From assembly GCA_030704615.1 (NCBI GenBank), contig CM060733.1, positions 31,620,001-31,684,000 on the forward strand: a stretch of 64,000 nucleotides of DNA. Reading direction: 5' to 3'. The notes under the pieces were generated by a model that was not told the DNA's origin, did no database searches, and worked only from the letters and a program-made list of their open reading frames with translations. A program made the position numbers and the translations under genes. Source of the DNA: Takakia lepidozioides (Eukaryota > Plantae > Bryophyta). Positions 39,640 to 51,765 of the stretch are shown here, piece by piece; position 1 is the first letter of the stretch; every line of letters starts with the position of its first letter.

Positions 39640-42600
39640 GAGATGCCAGTTGCAACCAGCATCGTAAAAAGGCTTTCCTCCTATTGAGGTATTCCCCCTC
39701 TAGTGAGAGGGGTTCTATATAGAGATCAATCTATCGGTCTGAGTAGCTGCTACTTGGCCACTTCATAGTTTCATTTCTGAAAAACAAGTGACAAATGACT
39801 TGAGACAGCGCATAACTGCCCATCAAGGTCAATATAACTCTGGAAGAACAAAACGGGACTCCGGGCTTGCATTATAAAGCGGAAGGAAAAAGATACACCA
39901 TACCCAAGGCAACAGTGAATACTCTATTCCGTCTCAGTAAATGTGGCGGTTTTGAGGAGCTCACCATTTCACTCATGGATGACTCATTCCGAATCTGATG
40001 AAACATTAGAGGCCCCACAATCTATTCATGCTACCGACGTATTTCCTCTCCTAGTTACATTCTCTCCCCACGCACCCTTCCCCTCCCTTCCAAATGTGAC
40101 AATGATGTGCAGCACAAGGTCATTGTAATTAAGCACACACTCATAAACTGGCAACAACAAGCAAGGACATCATGGTAGGTGAATACGAGAGAATTCTTCT
40201 CATCAAAGAAAATCACCTTATTTCCAAGATACCCCAAGAGCCCACAGCCAACACTGGATACTTTCAAATTGTGGACATGGCGCCGAAGACTTGAACGAAT
40301 CCAAATGGAAATAAAGACCCCCACCATTTGTTTGCTTGCAACACACGAATAATGGTTTCGGCTCTGATTAGACTGTGACGATTGTGTGCCACTGGATCTG
40401 AAGAGAGGGGTCACAAGGGTTGGCTCCTGTGTGAATTCTTCATCTACCATAGCTGCCTCAGCCAGCCACTCAGAGGCTGTCGACATTGGCATGGTCGGTG
40501 ACCAGGAGGTTTTGTCTGGGATCTCATGGTTTGTTTGCTTCAAAACATCCCTGCTCCTAGATACATGGACCTGAGCTTGCTTTGAAATACTTCTAAAATT
40601 GCCCAGGAGATTATGTTCAGAAGCCAAGGAAGACGACTCTAGCACTTCTACGCCCACATCCCTTTCCACCAGGTTCTCAATCTCAGGAACCTGATCCATA
40701 TTCTTATCTTCATGCCGTGGAGAGGTTGGTGCACTGTAGCTTTTAGATTGCATTTTCTCTTTATACAAGCTCATCTTGCTGTTGAGTGTGTGACGAATCA
40801 AAGACTCCCACTGTACAGCAGGAGCTTCATCTTCTACGCATAACACGTTGCCTGCATTCAATGGCACGATTTCCTGAAATCTGCACATAACCAGTATAAG
40901 TATGTTTTGTCTTGCTCTCTCTCGCTCTCTCCCACTCTCACCCTAGGCTTTCCCTCCAAACTGGGCGTGGGGTCTATGGCCAAAAGGCTACAGCAAACAA
41001 AGTCTTATGAGTAAATTTTCTCTCTCTTGCTCTCCTGGTAAATGTTCCGCCCAAACTGGGCATGGGGTCTATGGCCACAAGGCTACGGCAAACATCTTAT
41101 GAGTACAATCTCTCCTGGTAAACCCTGGTGGGTGCGAACCCCACAAAAGGTTCCAGGAGGGTTAGTTTACCGTGGGGTCAATGGCCATAACGCTATGGCA
41201 AGCCAACTTTCGCAGGGAACGGCATGAGGACATTCTCTCTCTCCTGGTGGATGAAACCCACAAAAGGCTCCAGGAGGGTTAGTTTCCCTCGGGGTCAATG
41301 GCTGTACAGATATGGCAAGCCAACATTCACAGGGAAGAGCTCTCCTGAAATGCTTGGCACTTCCTTGAGGCAAAACTACATCCTTGTGGAGGAATTTACA
41401 GCTGGTTTCTTTGAGTTTTCAATTCTTGTCCCATAAGCTATCACAGCTCTCTGCCTAAGGCCAATCCAACGAGTACAAACCTACCTGTATAAATTACCAA
41501 GGTTGAAATAAGCTCACAAATGTCAATCACATAGGGACGATCAATAGAAGATGTAAAAGGTTAGACAATCTCTGAGAACAATACGAAACTGACAAGACAC
41601 AGCTAGGAGAAGTAAGGGGGAGTACACACCCAAGAACATAGATGTCGGCTGGCTGACTGGCGTCCAACCAATCCTCTAAGTCCAGATCATCTGGAGGTGG
41701 CTCTCCCGCAACATTCCACGTTCCCACTGATATTCTGTTCACAAGCACCGTCCCAAAAATGAATGCAAAATTACCTAGGGACTTTGCAAGATCACTATCA
41801 CTCAATTCATGACACTGATATTTTCAGCAGGTTGCAATCCACGATGCCCGCCCCGGTTGGCCATGATCAAGTGTAGATCGTGCCTATGACTTGTGAACAA
41901 ACTATAGAATTGAGATACAAGCCCAACTGTGCATTTTAATGTGCTCTAAAACACACTGTACAGTAGCAACCAAGGCATGATGCCAAAAGCAAGGCACTTT
42001 TGAATGCTCTCAGCATCTCCAAACAATTGCTTGAGTATTTAGGAAGCGTGGTGGGCTGGGCTGGGCTGGGCTGGGCTGGGCTGGAGGACAAATATATAGA
42101 TGGAACAATCCTTGGCACAAATTGGTTCAGCAGGGAGGGCAGAACTTTACCGGAACTCTTGATCAGTAACAAATTGTTGACGCAGTGTCTCAGACTGCCC
42201 TCTCATCAATGAGTATGAAGAATTCCTCGAAGGTGTATCTGGGAATATAGGCACACAAAAACCTTTATTTTCTGACTTTCAGACCAACGTCATTTAAGAA
42301 AACCTGTAAAGGCTCTTTCACACATGTTTGACCAAGGTTTCAAATCTACCAGTGTCAAAGTCAATTAGGTTATGGGAATCTCTCTACATCCCACCAACTG
42401 AGGAGTGGCTGAATGAGAGGTAGCTCTTCTATTGAGACCAGAGGAGTAAGAGATGTTGGCCATTGCATACCACACATTCATGGACAATCCACTTCTGACT
42501 ACTCGTACCTCCGATTGATTCAACTTCATCAAAGCTCAAGTACGATGCTCTCGGACTAACTTCGTCATCTCCCTCAAATTCTTCATTGTCTGCAACTAAT

Positions 42601-43291
42601 CACATATGAGATGTAATGATCCCAATGGTAATGACCAACAATGCTCCCAGCCTGCCGAGGAACAGGAAAACACTGGATTGCAGAACAGAAAGTACTTCAC
42701 TCTTGAAGAATGACATGCTCACAAAAGAGGAAAGAGGTTTCGGCCACAGAATTGCCTAGAACATGGGGACAAGCCTATGCAGGGGCTCACCATTCTCCTC
42801 CTCCTCCTCCGCTTCCAGCTCACTGTCAACCTCTGCATCAGTGTCATTGTCGTGGTTGAATTCATCTCCATTCCTTCTGAAAGAAAGCCACTTTCTCGCA
42901 AACTGTCGAGGCCAGAAATGCAGGCAGTGACATCCGATTTCCTCGAAATCTAGCCAACTGCGTTGCTGCACTTGCCCCAAGATGCAACAATGAATTTTAA
43001 GCTACCTTTCCAAAGAGTTGTATTTTTCGTCAGTAATGTGCTCTCCGTGTTCACACACGTGTGTACACCTCACTCCATGTATGAGTAAGACAAAAGTAGC
43101 CCAGGAACACAGCTCCTCTCCCTCTTCTGAAGAACATTGCAACTGCTTGCTTTTCAATACAGCTTCACCTATTCATCAAGGAAAACACTAGTAACAGCTA
43201 AAAAGAGAAGTAGGAAATCACATTTCTCAACAAGTGTAGGAAGTCACACCTCGGGTCGCCTGTTTTGCATTCCTGTCACTGATATTTGCAT
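29484..43291 (-). CDS. IP5P: Type I inositol polyphosphate 5-phosphatase (IP5P/CVP2 family), about 10 coding exons
   Basis: Exons approx. 43291-43250, 42965-42791, 42589-42509, 42238-42151, 41734-41630, 40880-40217, 39424-39231, 31483-31375, 31042-30894, 29730-29484. Motifs: [92 protein letters not shown]. Confidence 0.95.
30035..30575 (-). mobile_element. Tandem stack of about 5 LINE family B 3'-end fragments
   Basis: Reverse complements of GGCTACGGCAAAC(AAC)GTCTTATGAGTACA(T)TCTCTC at ~30040, 30285, 30340, 30440 and 30490; 30180-30245 matches the ORF end at 36830-36900. Confidence 0.88.
31706..31992 (+). mobile_element. 5'-truncated LINE family A copy
   Basis: [32 protein letters not shown] plus the family A 3' end AAGCTCTTTGAGCTTTCCGCGGACGTTATAAAG. 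Confidence 0.88.
32338..37156 (+). mobile_element. Near full-length non-LTR retrotransposon (LINE family B; APE-RT-CCHC, RTE/RTE-X-like), decayed, antisense within the 5-phosphatase intron
   Basis: APE motifs [44 protein letters not shown] motifs [58 protein letters not shown]-terminal [18 protein letters not shown]. Breaks at ~34200, 34628, ~35430, ~35705, ~36075. (TC)n on both flanks. Confidence 0.95.
33120..33512 (+). repeat. Three in-frame repeats ([22 protein letters not shown]) upstream of the LINE endonuclease
   Basis: Visible in the 32656..34218 translation; units roughly 130-145 bp. Confidence 0.9.
37198..39000 (+). mobile_element. Second, 5'-truncated LINE family B copy (RT to 3' end) followed by two extra 3'-end fragments
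   Basis: 37198-38780 parallels 35448-37110 ([25 protein letters not shown]). Extra TTATGAGTACATTCTCTC ends at ~38865 and ~38980. Confidence 0.93.
39543..39637 (-). mobile_element. LINE family B 3'-end fragment next to a (GA)n tract
   Basis: AGAGAGAATGTACTCATAAGAC..GTGGCCATAGACCCCGCG then a long (GA)n run. Confidence 0.85.
40950..41340 (+). mobile_element. Stack of LINE family B 3' ends plus two copies of a related element end
   Basis: CAAACTGGGC.TGGGGTCTATGGCCA..TTATGAGTA at ~40957 and ~41052; CCTGGTGG..CAAAAGG.TCCAGGAGGGTTAGTTT..GGGGTCAATGGC at ~41124 and ~41243. Confidence 0.8.
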
Positions 43292-44747
43292 GCGCCCTCT
43301 TGACGATGGTCACCACGGCACCCCTTCAACCACTTGACACTTCGAACGTTCATTGACTACAGACTCCATGCAGACCAACAGTCATTAATTCGCAAACTCA
43401 AGGTGACTGCAATTTGCCCTGACAAAGGACGCAATCCAATTCGAAAGCTTCGGAGAAGTGTTTTTCATGCACAAAGTTATTAATTCATCCAAATTACAGC
43501 CAGTGAAGACAAAGCACTAAATTCGTTGAGAGAAAATTTGCAACTTTCTTTACAAATTCAGAGTTTGATCTGAGGTTCAACTGAAAGACATCCCCTGCAG
43601 GTCACCCTCCTTTCCTCACTCGCTGATGCCCCACCCTCTCTTCTACAGATACCATGCTGAAGGGCTGCGGTTTTTTATTTCTAAGTTCCATTTATCTATT
43701 GCAACGAACATCAGCTGCAAAATCGGAAAATGTTGCCGGAAAGAAGCTACAGAGAGAGAGAGAGAGAGAAAGGGAGACAACGGATCCAAGACAAAATACC
43801 GAGACTTACCTACTTACAATGCTGCTGGTAGCAGGCTTCCCTTCTCGCCTTAAGCACTCTTTCACTACCCAGAGACTGAAGATGAAATGGAATCCCGTGA
43901 TCTGATGTTTCCAAAGATATGTGAGCGTGGAATAATGTAAAGGAGGTACCGGAAGGCCGGACAAGACTCGCTCGCTCAGAATCTAATTTGCATCTTCCAG
44001 AAACACGCCTCCGGCAGCCCGTGCATGCATGTATTGAGTACGGTACCAGTATTATCCACAGTGGAAGGAGATGCTTGCAGAGGGGGAACTGTCCGAGACA
44101 GGACGAAGCGGGCATTCGAAAAAACAAAAAAGGAACATCAGCAGAGACAGCAGAAGAGAAGCAGGACTACTTTGTTGCGAGCGGACAGCCATCACATCAG
44201 CAAATGCAGGCCTTGTGTCAGGATGGCGGAGGAGAGGAGGGGGAAGAGGGGGGAAAAGGAGGAAGACAGGGTTGGGGGCAGAAGCACGTTACCGAGTGAG
44301 AGAGGCAGGTGGCAGCTCAACACAGGTCAATTCTCCCGCGCTAATCTTTCCTTTACTTTATCGCACGCTCCTTTACGTTAGACTTTCTTCTTTTCCGTTT
44401 ATCTTTTTTATTAGCCGGCCAACTGTCCGATGAATAGATGGAAACTACTTTCATCCAGATATGTCGGCAGAGCTCATGGATGAATGATTTAACCAAGGCT
44501 CATCATCAAGGAATCCTAGGATTTTTGTTGTTGTTAACCACAAGGGGGTGGCACCGACCAGGATTGAGCCCCACTTTTCAAAATGTAAGTAGCGCATATT
44601 TCTTTGTTTGGTGGCGCCATTGTAGACATGGGCCCGCATGCTACAGCCACCTTTGTTCCCAGAGCTTGTTAGATGTCCAATTTTCTTTGCTTAATTTGTT
44701 TTCTTGGAACAATTGGGGTACATATTTATTTTGAAGGGTTATTCAAG

Positions 44748-45811
44748 CAGTGTTTTGTTTTTCAAATTTTCAAAATAACAGGAGTGGCTACTGAGTTTTG
44801 CAGGAAATAGCCATATTTTCTATTCATCCACTGAAATATGGACAGAATCATCCTCCTCTGTACTTTCATCCATATGACGCGAATTCATCCAAAATTTATA
44901 TTGTATTTGGAGAAGTTTGGCGATTTCATCCATGAGAAAATAGGGAATTTACGAGAGAATATTCGATTTGTTTTTTGAGGTCGGAAAAGTGCGAAATGTT
45001 TTTTTAAAGAAAGGGTACTTAAACTACTTACAAATAATACAATCACTGAGAATACAAACAACTTGCCAGCCTCGTGGAATGGTGATTATTTCCCATCCTC
45101 TCAACGAAATTTAAACAGACCAAAAAATAAACATTTGAACAAAAAATTGAAGTTTTAAAAATGCTAAATTAGCATCCCTGTTTTAGACAGGAATCTCTAG
45201 TTATTAGTACCTCACCTACTAACATGATAGTGCTCACAACGTGATATCCTTATAGTATCTCCCTTATTTGTTCGCTAAGCAATTTTTTATTTTTTTATTT
45301 TATTTTTTGTAAGTAAATTGCTCTGGACAACTAATTTTTATATAACACTTATTAGATTTATATAATGGTTGTGAATTGCCTACAAAAAATCAACAAAGGC
45401 CATCCACGAGGTTAGAAAATTAATCTAAGTTCCTTCCAAGTAGGCATGACTGGTTTTTTGCTACCCATAGTGGTGCTGGTTCCCCCCCATTGTTCGGTCT
45501 TAAGGCCCTGTACCAGGTTATTTTTTCCTCGATCTTAATTCCAAATTCAGGGCCAGCGTTTTTTATTTGGCGCAACAGATTTCGACCTCAAAAAATAAAA
45601 TGTAATATTCTGTCACAAATCCCCTGTTTTTTCATGGATGAAATCGCCAAATTTCTCCAAATAAAAAGTAAATAATGGATGAATTCACCAAATATGGATG
45701 ATATAAATGGATTATGGTGGATGAATTTCAGTGGAACAGAATGTACCGCCATTTTCTGCAAAACTCTGTAGCCACTCATGCTGTTGTCCAAATTTCTTAA
45801 GAAAAACACTG
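44748..45811. mobile_element. Non-autonomous DNA transposon / foldback element with ~250-bp imperfect terminal inverted repeats
   Basis: CAGTGTTTT...AAAACACTG termini. 44748-44995 is the reverse complement of ~45570-45811 (GAGTGGCTAC, TTTGGCGATTTCATCCATG, TTTTTGAGGTCG). TTCATCCA subrepeats; no TSD found. Confidence 0.7.
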
Positions 45812-48514
45812 GCTCCAAAAAACAAAAGTGGGCAATATCATAAACTGAGGAACAGATTTTGTTTTAATTTCATGGTGCAAATTATAGATGGAATATTATA
45901 ATGCAGTCAGTGTCTGCAGTCAATAACCCAAGAAACAAGCAACACCAAATATATGCAGGGAATAAACTTAGGTGTGCCTATTATTGGTTTTGTGTGGTAT
46001 AATCAATTGCCAGCCTGCTCATAGGGCCCACATATGTATATGTTTTCCTGTAAGCACCGCCGCCCAAATGGGTGGCGGCGATGTGCGGCGGCAAGACTAG
46101 AGACCACCTCGTTTGTATTTTATTCATATATTTTTGTAATTTTACCCCTGACTCAACGGCTCCTTTATGAACCATAAAGCGTACAATACAAACAGTTGAC
46201 GCCAGCTGAATTACCTCCAGGCCACCGATCTCATATACATATATATTGTCAAAGGGTGGTGGCCAAAAACCTGTATTTGAAATCAAACTCTAGTGTTGTG
46301 AATCTTTTGAGTTCACGAAATCGAATGAAATTATTGCATATCCATGTCCCTAGAATCTTTTGATGGCTTAGAATTTGTTATCCTCCATTTAAATTCTTAT
46401 GATTATTACATTTTAAGTTAATCTAATACTCCTTATGTGCTCCCTAGCCCTTGAATAAATTAATGAATGGTATCTGAATTGTACAAAGGAACAACTTGAT
46501 TCTATGCCGAAACCAGGAATGAATAAAGACCGTTCCATGAGAGCCTCCAGAAGAGGAATATGTTTCCATTTGAGATGCTGACATGCTTTGGATTTCCACA
46601 TACATAGCATCTTCAATTTTGATTTGTAGGTTGTCCGCACGAACCCTTTGACCAAATGATTGCAAGTGCAAGTAGTCAAAAAGGATGTAACGTCGTCGTC
46701 CAGCGAACAGCTCAAAAAGAGAGAGAGAGATGAAGCCAACCGAAGTTAGCGAAAATCAGAACCTCTTCCTCTACCGCTCCTACGAATTATAAGTGTGTCA
46801 CAATTGAGTCGCATGACAACAAGTTGTTGGAACCAGGATCAGAGGAATGAATCTGAATGTACCCCCAAACGAATATTTGCAATAGTATGCCAATATGGGA
46901 GGCTTTCTTTGAGATGCAGAAGAAGGGGGCACCAATGGGCATTCCACGTAGCGGTGTTGCGGTTGTAGGTGTGGGCACAAACACTTTGACCAAATGATAA
47001 TAGGGCCCATCCCCAAAAGGGGGCAGTAGCCGCAAGGTGAAGTGGCTCTTAGTTACGCCGGCTTCCGTCGGAGTCTTCTCTCTCTTTCTCTCTCTTTGAC
47101 CAAATGATTGCGAGTGCAAGTAATCAAAAAGGATGTAACATGTAACGTCCAAGGGAGGGCTCCCGCACCGATTAGATAGTCGTACAATGTGTTTGTTGCC
47201 GTACGCCAACAAGTTAATTCCACTCAGTCCAAACAAAAAGAGGCTAACTTAGTTCTTTACCAAACTTAAGTCCGGGGCCTTCTGGGGAAAAAGAAAGAAA
47301 AAAACAATAACACTAATAAGAATAACTTTAAATTTTCTTATGTTCTTATTTCCCAACCAGGAAAATCAGGGAAAAAAAAAGGTCACTGGTCCCATAGCGT
47401 CAACTGGTCCTGAGTCCAGCAGTCTTTTTTGGGGTCTGGCCCTGCTACAGAAAGCAGGGCAGAGTTGCGCTACTCCATACATTTTTCATCCTTGCTTCCT
47501 TCAGATCAGGCCAATTAGAAACGCAGTATTTTCCCATCAAATATTTTAAACGTCAAATCTTGGTTTCATGCGAAAATTGGCATGCACGTGGCATTTGGAC
47601 TATAGATTATGAAAATTCGGGGTAGTTATTTTATTATTTTTAATTGCAAAAATAAAATCTAGTGGTTGAAGAAAGGGGATGGAAGCCCCTGAACGTTATA
47701 TTAGAGGGACAAAAGCCCTGGGAATACATAGAGGAAACAATAACCTCTGCAACAGTGCCAGGCTGATCTGGGAAGACAATGCTTCGTAACCGGAAGTAAG
47801 GAAAGCGAGTAAGGGAAACAAACGAGGAAAAATAAGTAGCTAGTGCCCTTCGTGTAGGGCTCGAAGGAAAGATGGAGAGACTTTGGAAATTTCAGAAAGC
47901 CCCTCAACAGCTTGGTCAAAGCAAAGAAAGATTTTTCTCAACCCAAAAATAAGAGAAATGCTCCCTAGAATAACACTATAATCTCCCAATTTCAATGGTG
48001 AAAATTCAGAAATTTCGGGGAGATGGTATAGGGGTCAGGTATCTATATGTAGGATCATTTGAGTGGATGAATGTTGGTGGGTGGGTAGCATCATGTTATC
48101 TCTATGGGGTAGTAGTTTTTTAGGAGAGAAATAATGCATCTCGTAGGAAGTTAAGGGTTAAGATCTTTTGCATTTTTTTTTATCTAAAATCTAGTCACCT
48201 TGAACTATCAAGAAAGATATTCACTTGTTAGATTGTTGCACTCAGATGTTAAGTTACCAATAGTCATTGTCAGTGATGGGACCAACAGTGATCCGAAGTT
48301 GAGTTGGATAGTGCAGAGAGTGCCCACCCAAATGATTATGTTTCAAATACTACTACTTTGAGCGGTGTGGTATGTTATTTTTCCCCTTCCCTTAGGAAGT
48401 GTCCCATGCAGAAGCCTTCGCAGCGAGAAAAAGGTTATTTTCTACTCTCAATGTAATTAAGGGGCCTAATTCGTGAGTTGTTGCTCCCTGGTGGTTTCCT
48501 TTAAAATATTAAAA

Positions 48515-49000
48515 AAAAATTGGACGCTCCGTACACTCAACAGCTTTGTGCTCGTGTTCATGGCACAAGAAACACAAACCTTTACGCTTGTGTTCTTGCA
48601 GGTTTATTGGAGCCGCAAGGAGGTCTATTGATTTAAGGTGTGGGAGGTGTTGTTGTTTCAGTTTCCTGTGTTTGGATCCTCCTCCCACACATGCATGTTG
48701 TTCTTTGAAACTGAGTTCCGGAGGGGCTCCCATAGGCGGTCTCTATGTGGTTTGATCCCCCACCTTGTTACACCGTTTAAATCTTTTCCAACTCCCTTTC
48801 TTTGCTAGTGATTGCCAAGGAATAGATGATCTAGGCTTGAATTCTGTCGTCCCACCAGCAAAATTCGTTGAATATTGTGCCCTCATTTCAATCTCAAAAT
48901 TACATGTCAACCGATATGCTTATGTCTCGGTACGGGGATTATGGGCTTTAACCTTGTATTTGAGAGAGTCACTCAGGCTAGAAGCACACACCAGAACGAG
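48515..49000 (-). mobile_element. Ty3/gypsy gag remnant
   Basis: HKRKGLCFLCHEHEHKAVEC zinc knuckle (CX2CX4HX4C) with the GLCF context typical of gypsy gag. Confidence 0.6.
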
Positions 49001-49183
49001 TTATCTGTGGCTTCACCCCTGAGCTTCTTATATAGTTCTAGCTAGGCTAAAAGCAATCACTAAGACTTGCCTTTAAGACCTACTTTTACTATAGCTCTTG
49101 CTAACTGGTTCACAGTTCCAGTTTGAGATTCGTTGGCACCTAACAGTTTGTTCTGGCCGATCAACTGGAGACTTGCAACAGCA

Positions 49184-49620
49184 GTCGAAATTAGCAATCA
49201 AAATGAACTTGCCTGATGAATGATTTCTCAAAGAAATGGAGACTCGAACTAAAAACAAATTTGGAAGAGGATTAAAGTCACCGAGAAATTTTTTCCGTCA
49301 ACTGAATAAATCACTTCGAACCCGTTGGCGGCCTGCAGCAACATCGGTGCATATCTGTCCACATACATGAAACAGTTATCGCCACTTAAAAAATGCGATT
49401 AAAGTACTAGTCGAAATTAGCAGTCAAAATGAGCTTGTCTCTTTCGAAACTAACAACATAATTAGACAGTCATATTCAAATGATTTCTCAAAGACATGGA
49501 GACACCGTTCGAACTTTAAAATCATTGGAAGAGGATAAAGTCGCCGAGAAAATTACATCAACTGAACAGACTTCAAACCCGTCGGCTTATATGGTTAGTC
49601 CGCATACATGAAACAGTTAT
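49184..49620 (+). repeat. Degenerate tandem duplication, ~210-225-bp unit x2
   Basis: GTCGAAATTAGCA.TCAAAATGA.CTTG ... CATACATGAAACAGTTATC occurs twice. Confidence 0.85.
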
Positions 49621-50017
49621 CCCCAAATGTGTAGAAATGCCATGTGCATCATCAGCCCAGCTGACTGCCCATGTCACAGACTGGAAACAAGTTCCGGGAA
49701 GTTGTCTGGGTAACTTCATTTTAATCACGAGTAGCTAAGAGATGTCTGAAGAGAAGAGAGACCTTTAATGAATAAACCACTCTTTCTAAAGTTTGTGGCA
49801 GCTCTCTTTATGTAGTAGACTGTGGTGGCTCAGATAAAGAGACAGAAAGAGGCTTCATAACATTTGGACTCGGAAAGCTCAAGAGCTCATGGGATAGAAG
49901 GTCCAGAGGACCCAAGGGATAGAGAGCAATAGGAAACGGTTTCGAAAGAGCCATAGAACTATAGAACTACTTCAAGGAAAGAAAGAATCATTCAAACTTT
50001 GGGAAGTGGGACCAGAG

Positions 50018-50188
50018 AGAAATGAAATGAAATGAAATGGTGTTTTATAACGTCCGCGGAAAGCACATAGAGCTTATGGGACAAAATGAAGAAAACATGA
50101 GAGAGGAAACAAAACCAAAACCCAAGAATGAGAACTAATGTTCTAGTGATTGTCTAAGGGTGAAGGCCTCGTGCAGGTAAGCTGCCAG
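50018..50188 (-). mobile_element. LINE family A 3'-end copy
   Basis: (GAAAT)n..TTTATAACGTCCGCGGAAAGCACATAGAGCTTATGGGAC..TGTCTAAGGGTGAAGGCCTCGTGCAGGTA, as at 10000-10160. Confidence 0.88.
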
Positions 50189-50217
50189 AGAGAGAAAGTG
50201 TAGGAGCGAGTACTCAC

Positions 50218-50430
50218 CCCTTTAGAGAGGCCAATCTTGAGGACAATGGGTTCCACCATACCTTTTGTGTTCATGAGGAAGCCAAGTGCTATAGACTTGC
50301 GCAGGTCCAGGCCAAATGCCTTGGTGACAACCACAGTACCCAGGACTTTGCCTAGGCATGCAGTCCCTATCATCCTCGCCAATATCCGAACTGGACCCCT
50401 CACCCAAGACCCTTGTGTATTCAAGGATTA
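50218..50430 (-). pseudogene. CHX: Cation/H+ exchanger (CHX) exon fragment
   Basis: QGSW..MIGTACLGKVLGTVVV..SIALGFLMNTKGMVEPIVLKIG ending at a GT donor; no other CHX exons seen. Confidence 0.8.
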
Positions 50431-51099
50431 CAGATTCAACTCTCAGCCCGTCTCAGGGTTAAAAAGAAAGACAAACCGATTTGACTACATCCATTGGCAG
50501 CTCAAAGGGCCTTTGAGAAAGAGAAATAGAATGAAACGAAATGAAATGGTACTTTATAAGAGAGAGAAGAGATAGAAAGAGAGAGAGATAAGAACTTTAT
50601 GGGTCAGCTGGAGCTCAAAGAGCTTATGGGATAGGCCACAAACGAAGTAAATGACTAAAGAAACACCAGGCACAATTGTTGAGTGCCCAGTGAGTTCATA
50701 GTAAGCATTTATGTCTTCACAGACAACATTATCTCCAGAATATACACAGTGGGAGCAAAAGAAATGATACTTATCTGTTTCCCATTCCTACATTGTATAG
50801 CATAGAAAGTGAAGATTAAGAAAGAAACTTGAAATTAGAACACAATCACAAATAGAGGAGAGAATGATTGGAGCCATAATGTCAATGTGAAATTTTATAG
50901 GGACACATCAGCCACACATTGTCAATGAGAGATGACACAAGGGCTCATACCAGCACTACTACTGTTGATTGCATAAATATAATATCAAGTAAGGTGCTCT
51001 TGCCACTACTTTGTAGCCCCACTACACTAAACACAAAAGTTGTGGCCTTATGTCTCAAAGACTCAAGCAGAGCTTTGTCTAGCTCCACCAAGATCGTAT

Positions 51100-51600
51100 C
51101 CGGAGTTTGCAAAACATTTCTACATCTCCATCAAGAATTTCCAAGGGAAAGCCATCTAACAAGTGGATGGCGGCCAATTTTGGCAGGTGTCTTTGCTTGA
51201 GTGGATCTGCAACAAAGATGTGGCTCAACTCTCGCCAATGATGCTCCAAGCGAAGGATTTTTCCCACATACCCTGAAATAGCTTCATAGTATTCCTTCTT
51301 GCACTCAAAGCTTGTTGGTCGTTCCAAGCATCCACCTACTTCCCAGCCTTTTCAAGCATCATTTGGCTTCTTTTCACAGTTGAACTCTGCAGCTGCAAAT
51401 TTTTCTCTGTTTGGTTTGCTTTCAACATTAGTGACTCAAAATACTACTCTGCCTCTATTGCATAGCTCTTTTGTAGACAGCATATCCTTGGCATTCCCCA
51501 ACTGGATTAATGCGTCTACGATGGTCTCGATATCAGGGTTGGGATCAATCAAGGGATGCAGGGGCTCAGAGTGATTGAAGCACATGTTCCTAAGGTGCAA
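51100..51600 (-). pseudogene. Fragment resembling very large inducible GTPase (GVIN1/URGCP family)
   Basis: LRLEHHWRELSHIF..LPKLAAIHLLDGFPLEILDGD matches the recalled LEH..RE..LP.LAA..LLDG.PLE..DGD block just upstream of the G domain. In-frame stops upstream; no P-loop present. Confidence 0.6.
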
Positions 51601-51765
51601 CATTCTCTCTATTAACCTTTTCCTTTTATATAGAGGTATTCGACCATTTTGCCATCTATGTCGTTGAATGACCCCCATATCGTTTCAACGGTACTCTGGT
51701 TTATGCCATTCTTTGAGAGACTAACCTCCCAATGGAACTCATAATATATGATCAGTCATCCCGGG

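Noticed and set aside
46648-47150. Repeated TTTGACCAAATGATTGC..GGATGTAAC blocks
   Set aside because: Short local duplication with no termini or coding signal to support an element call.
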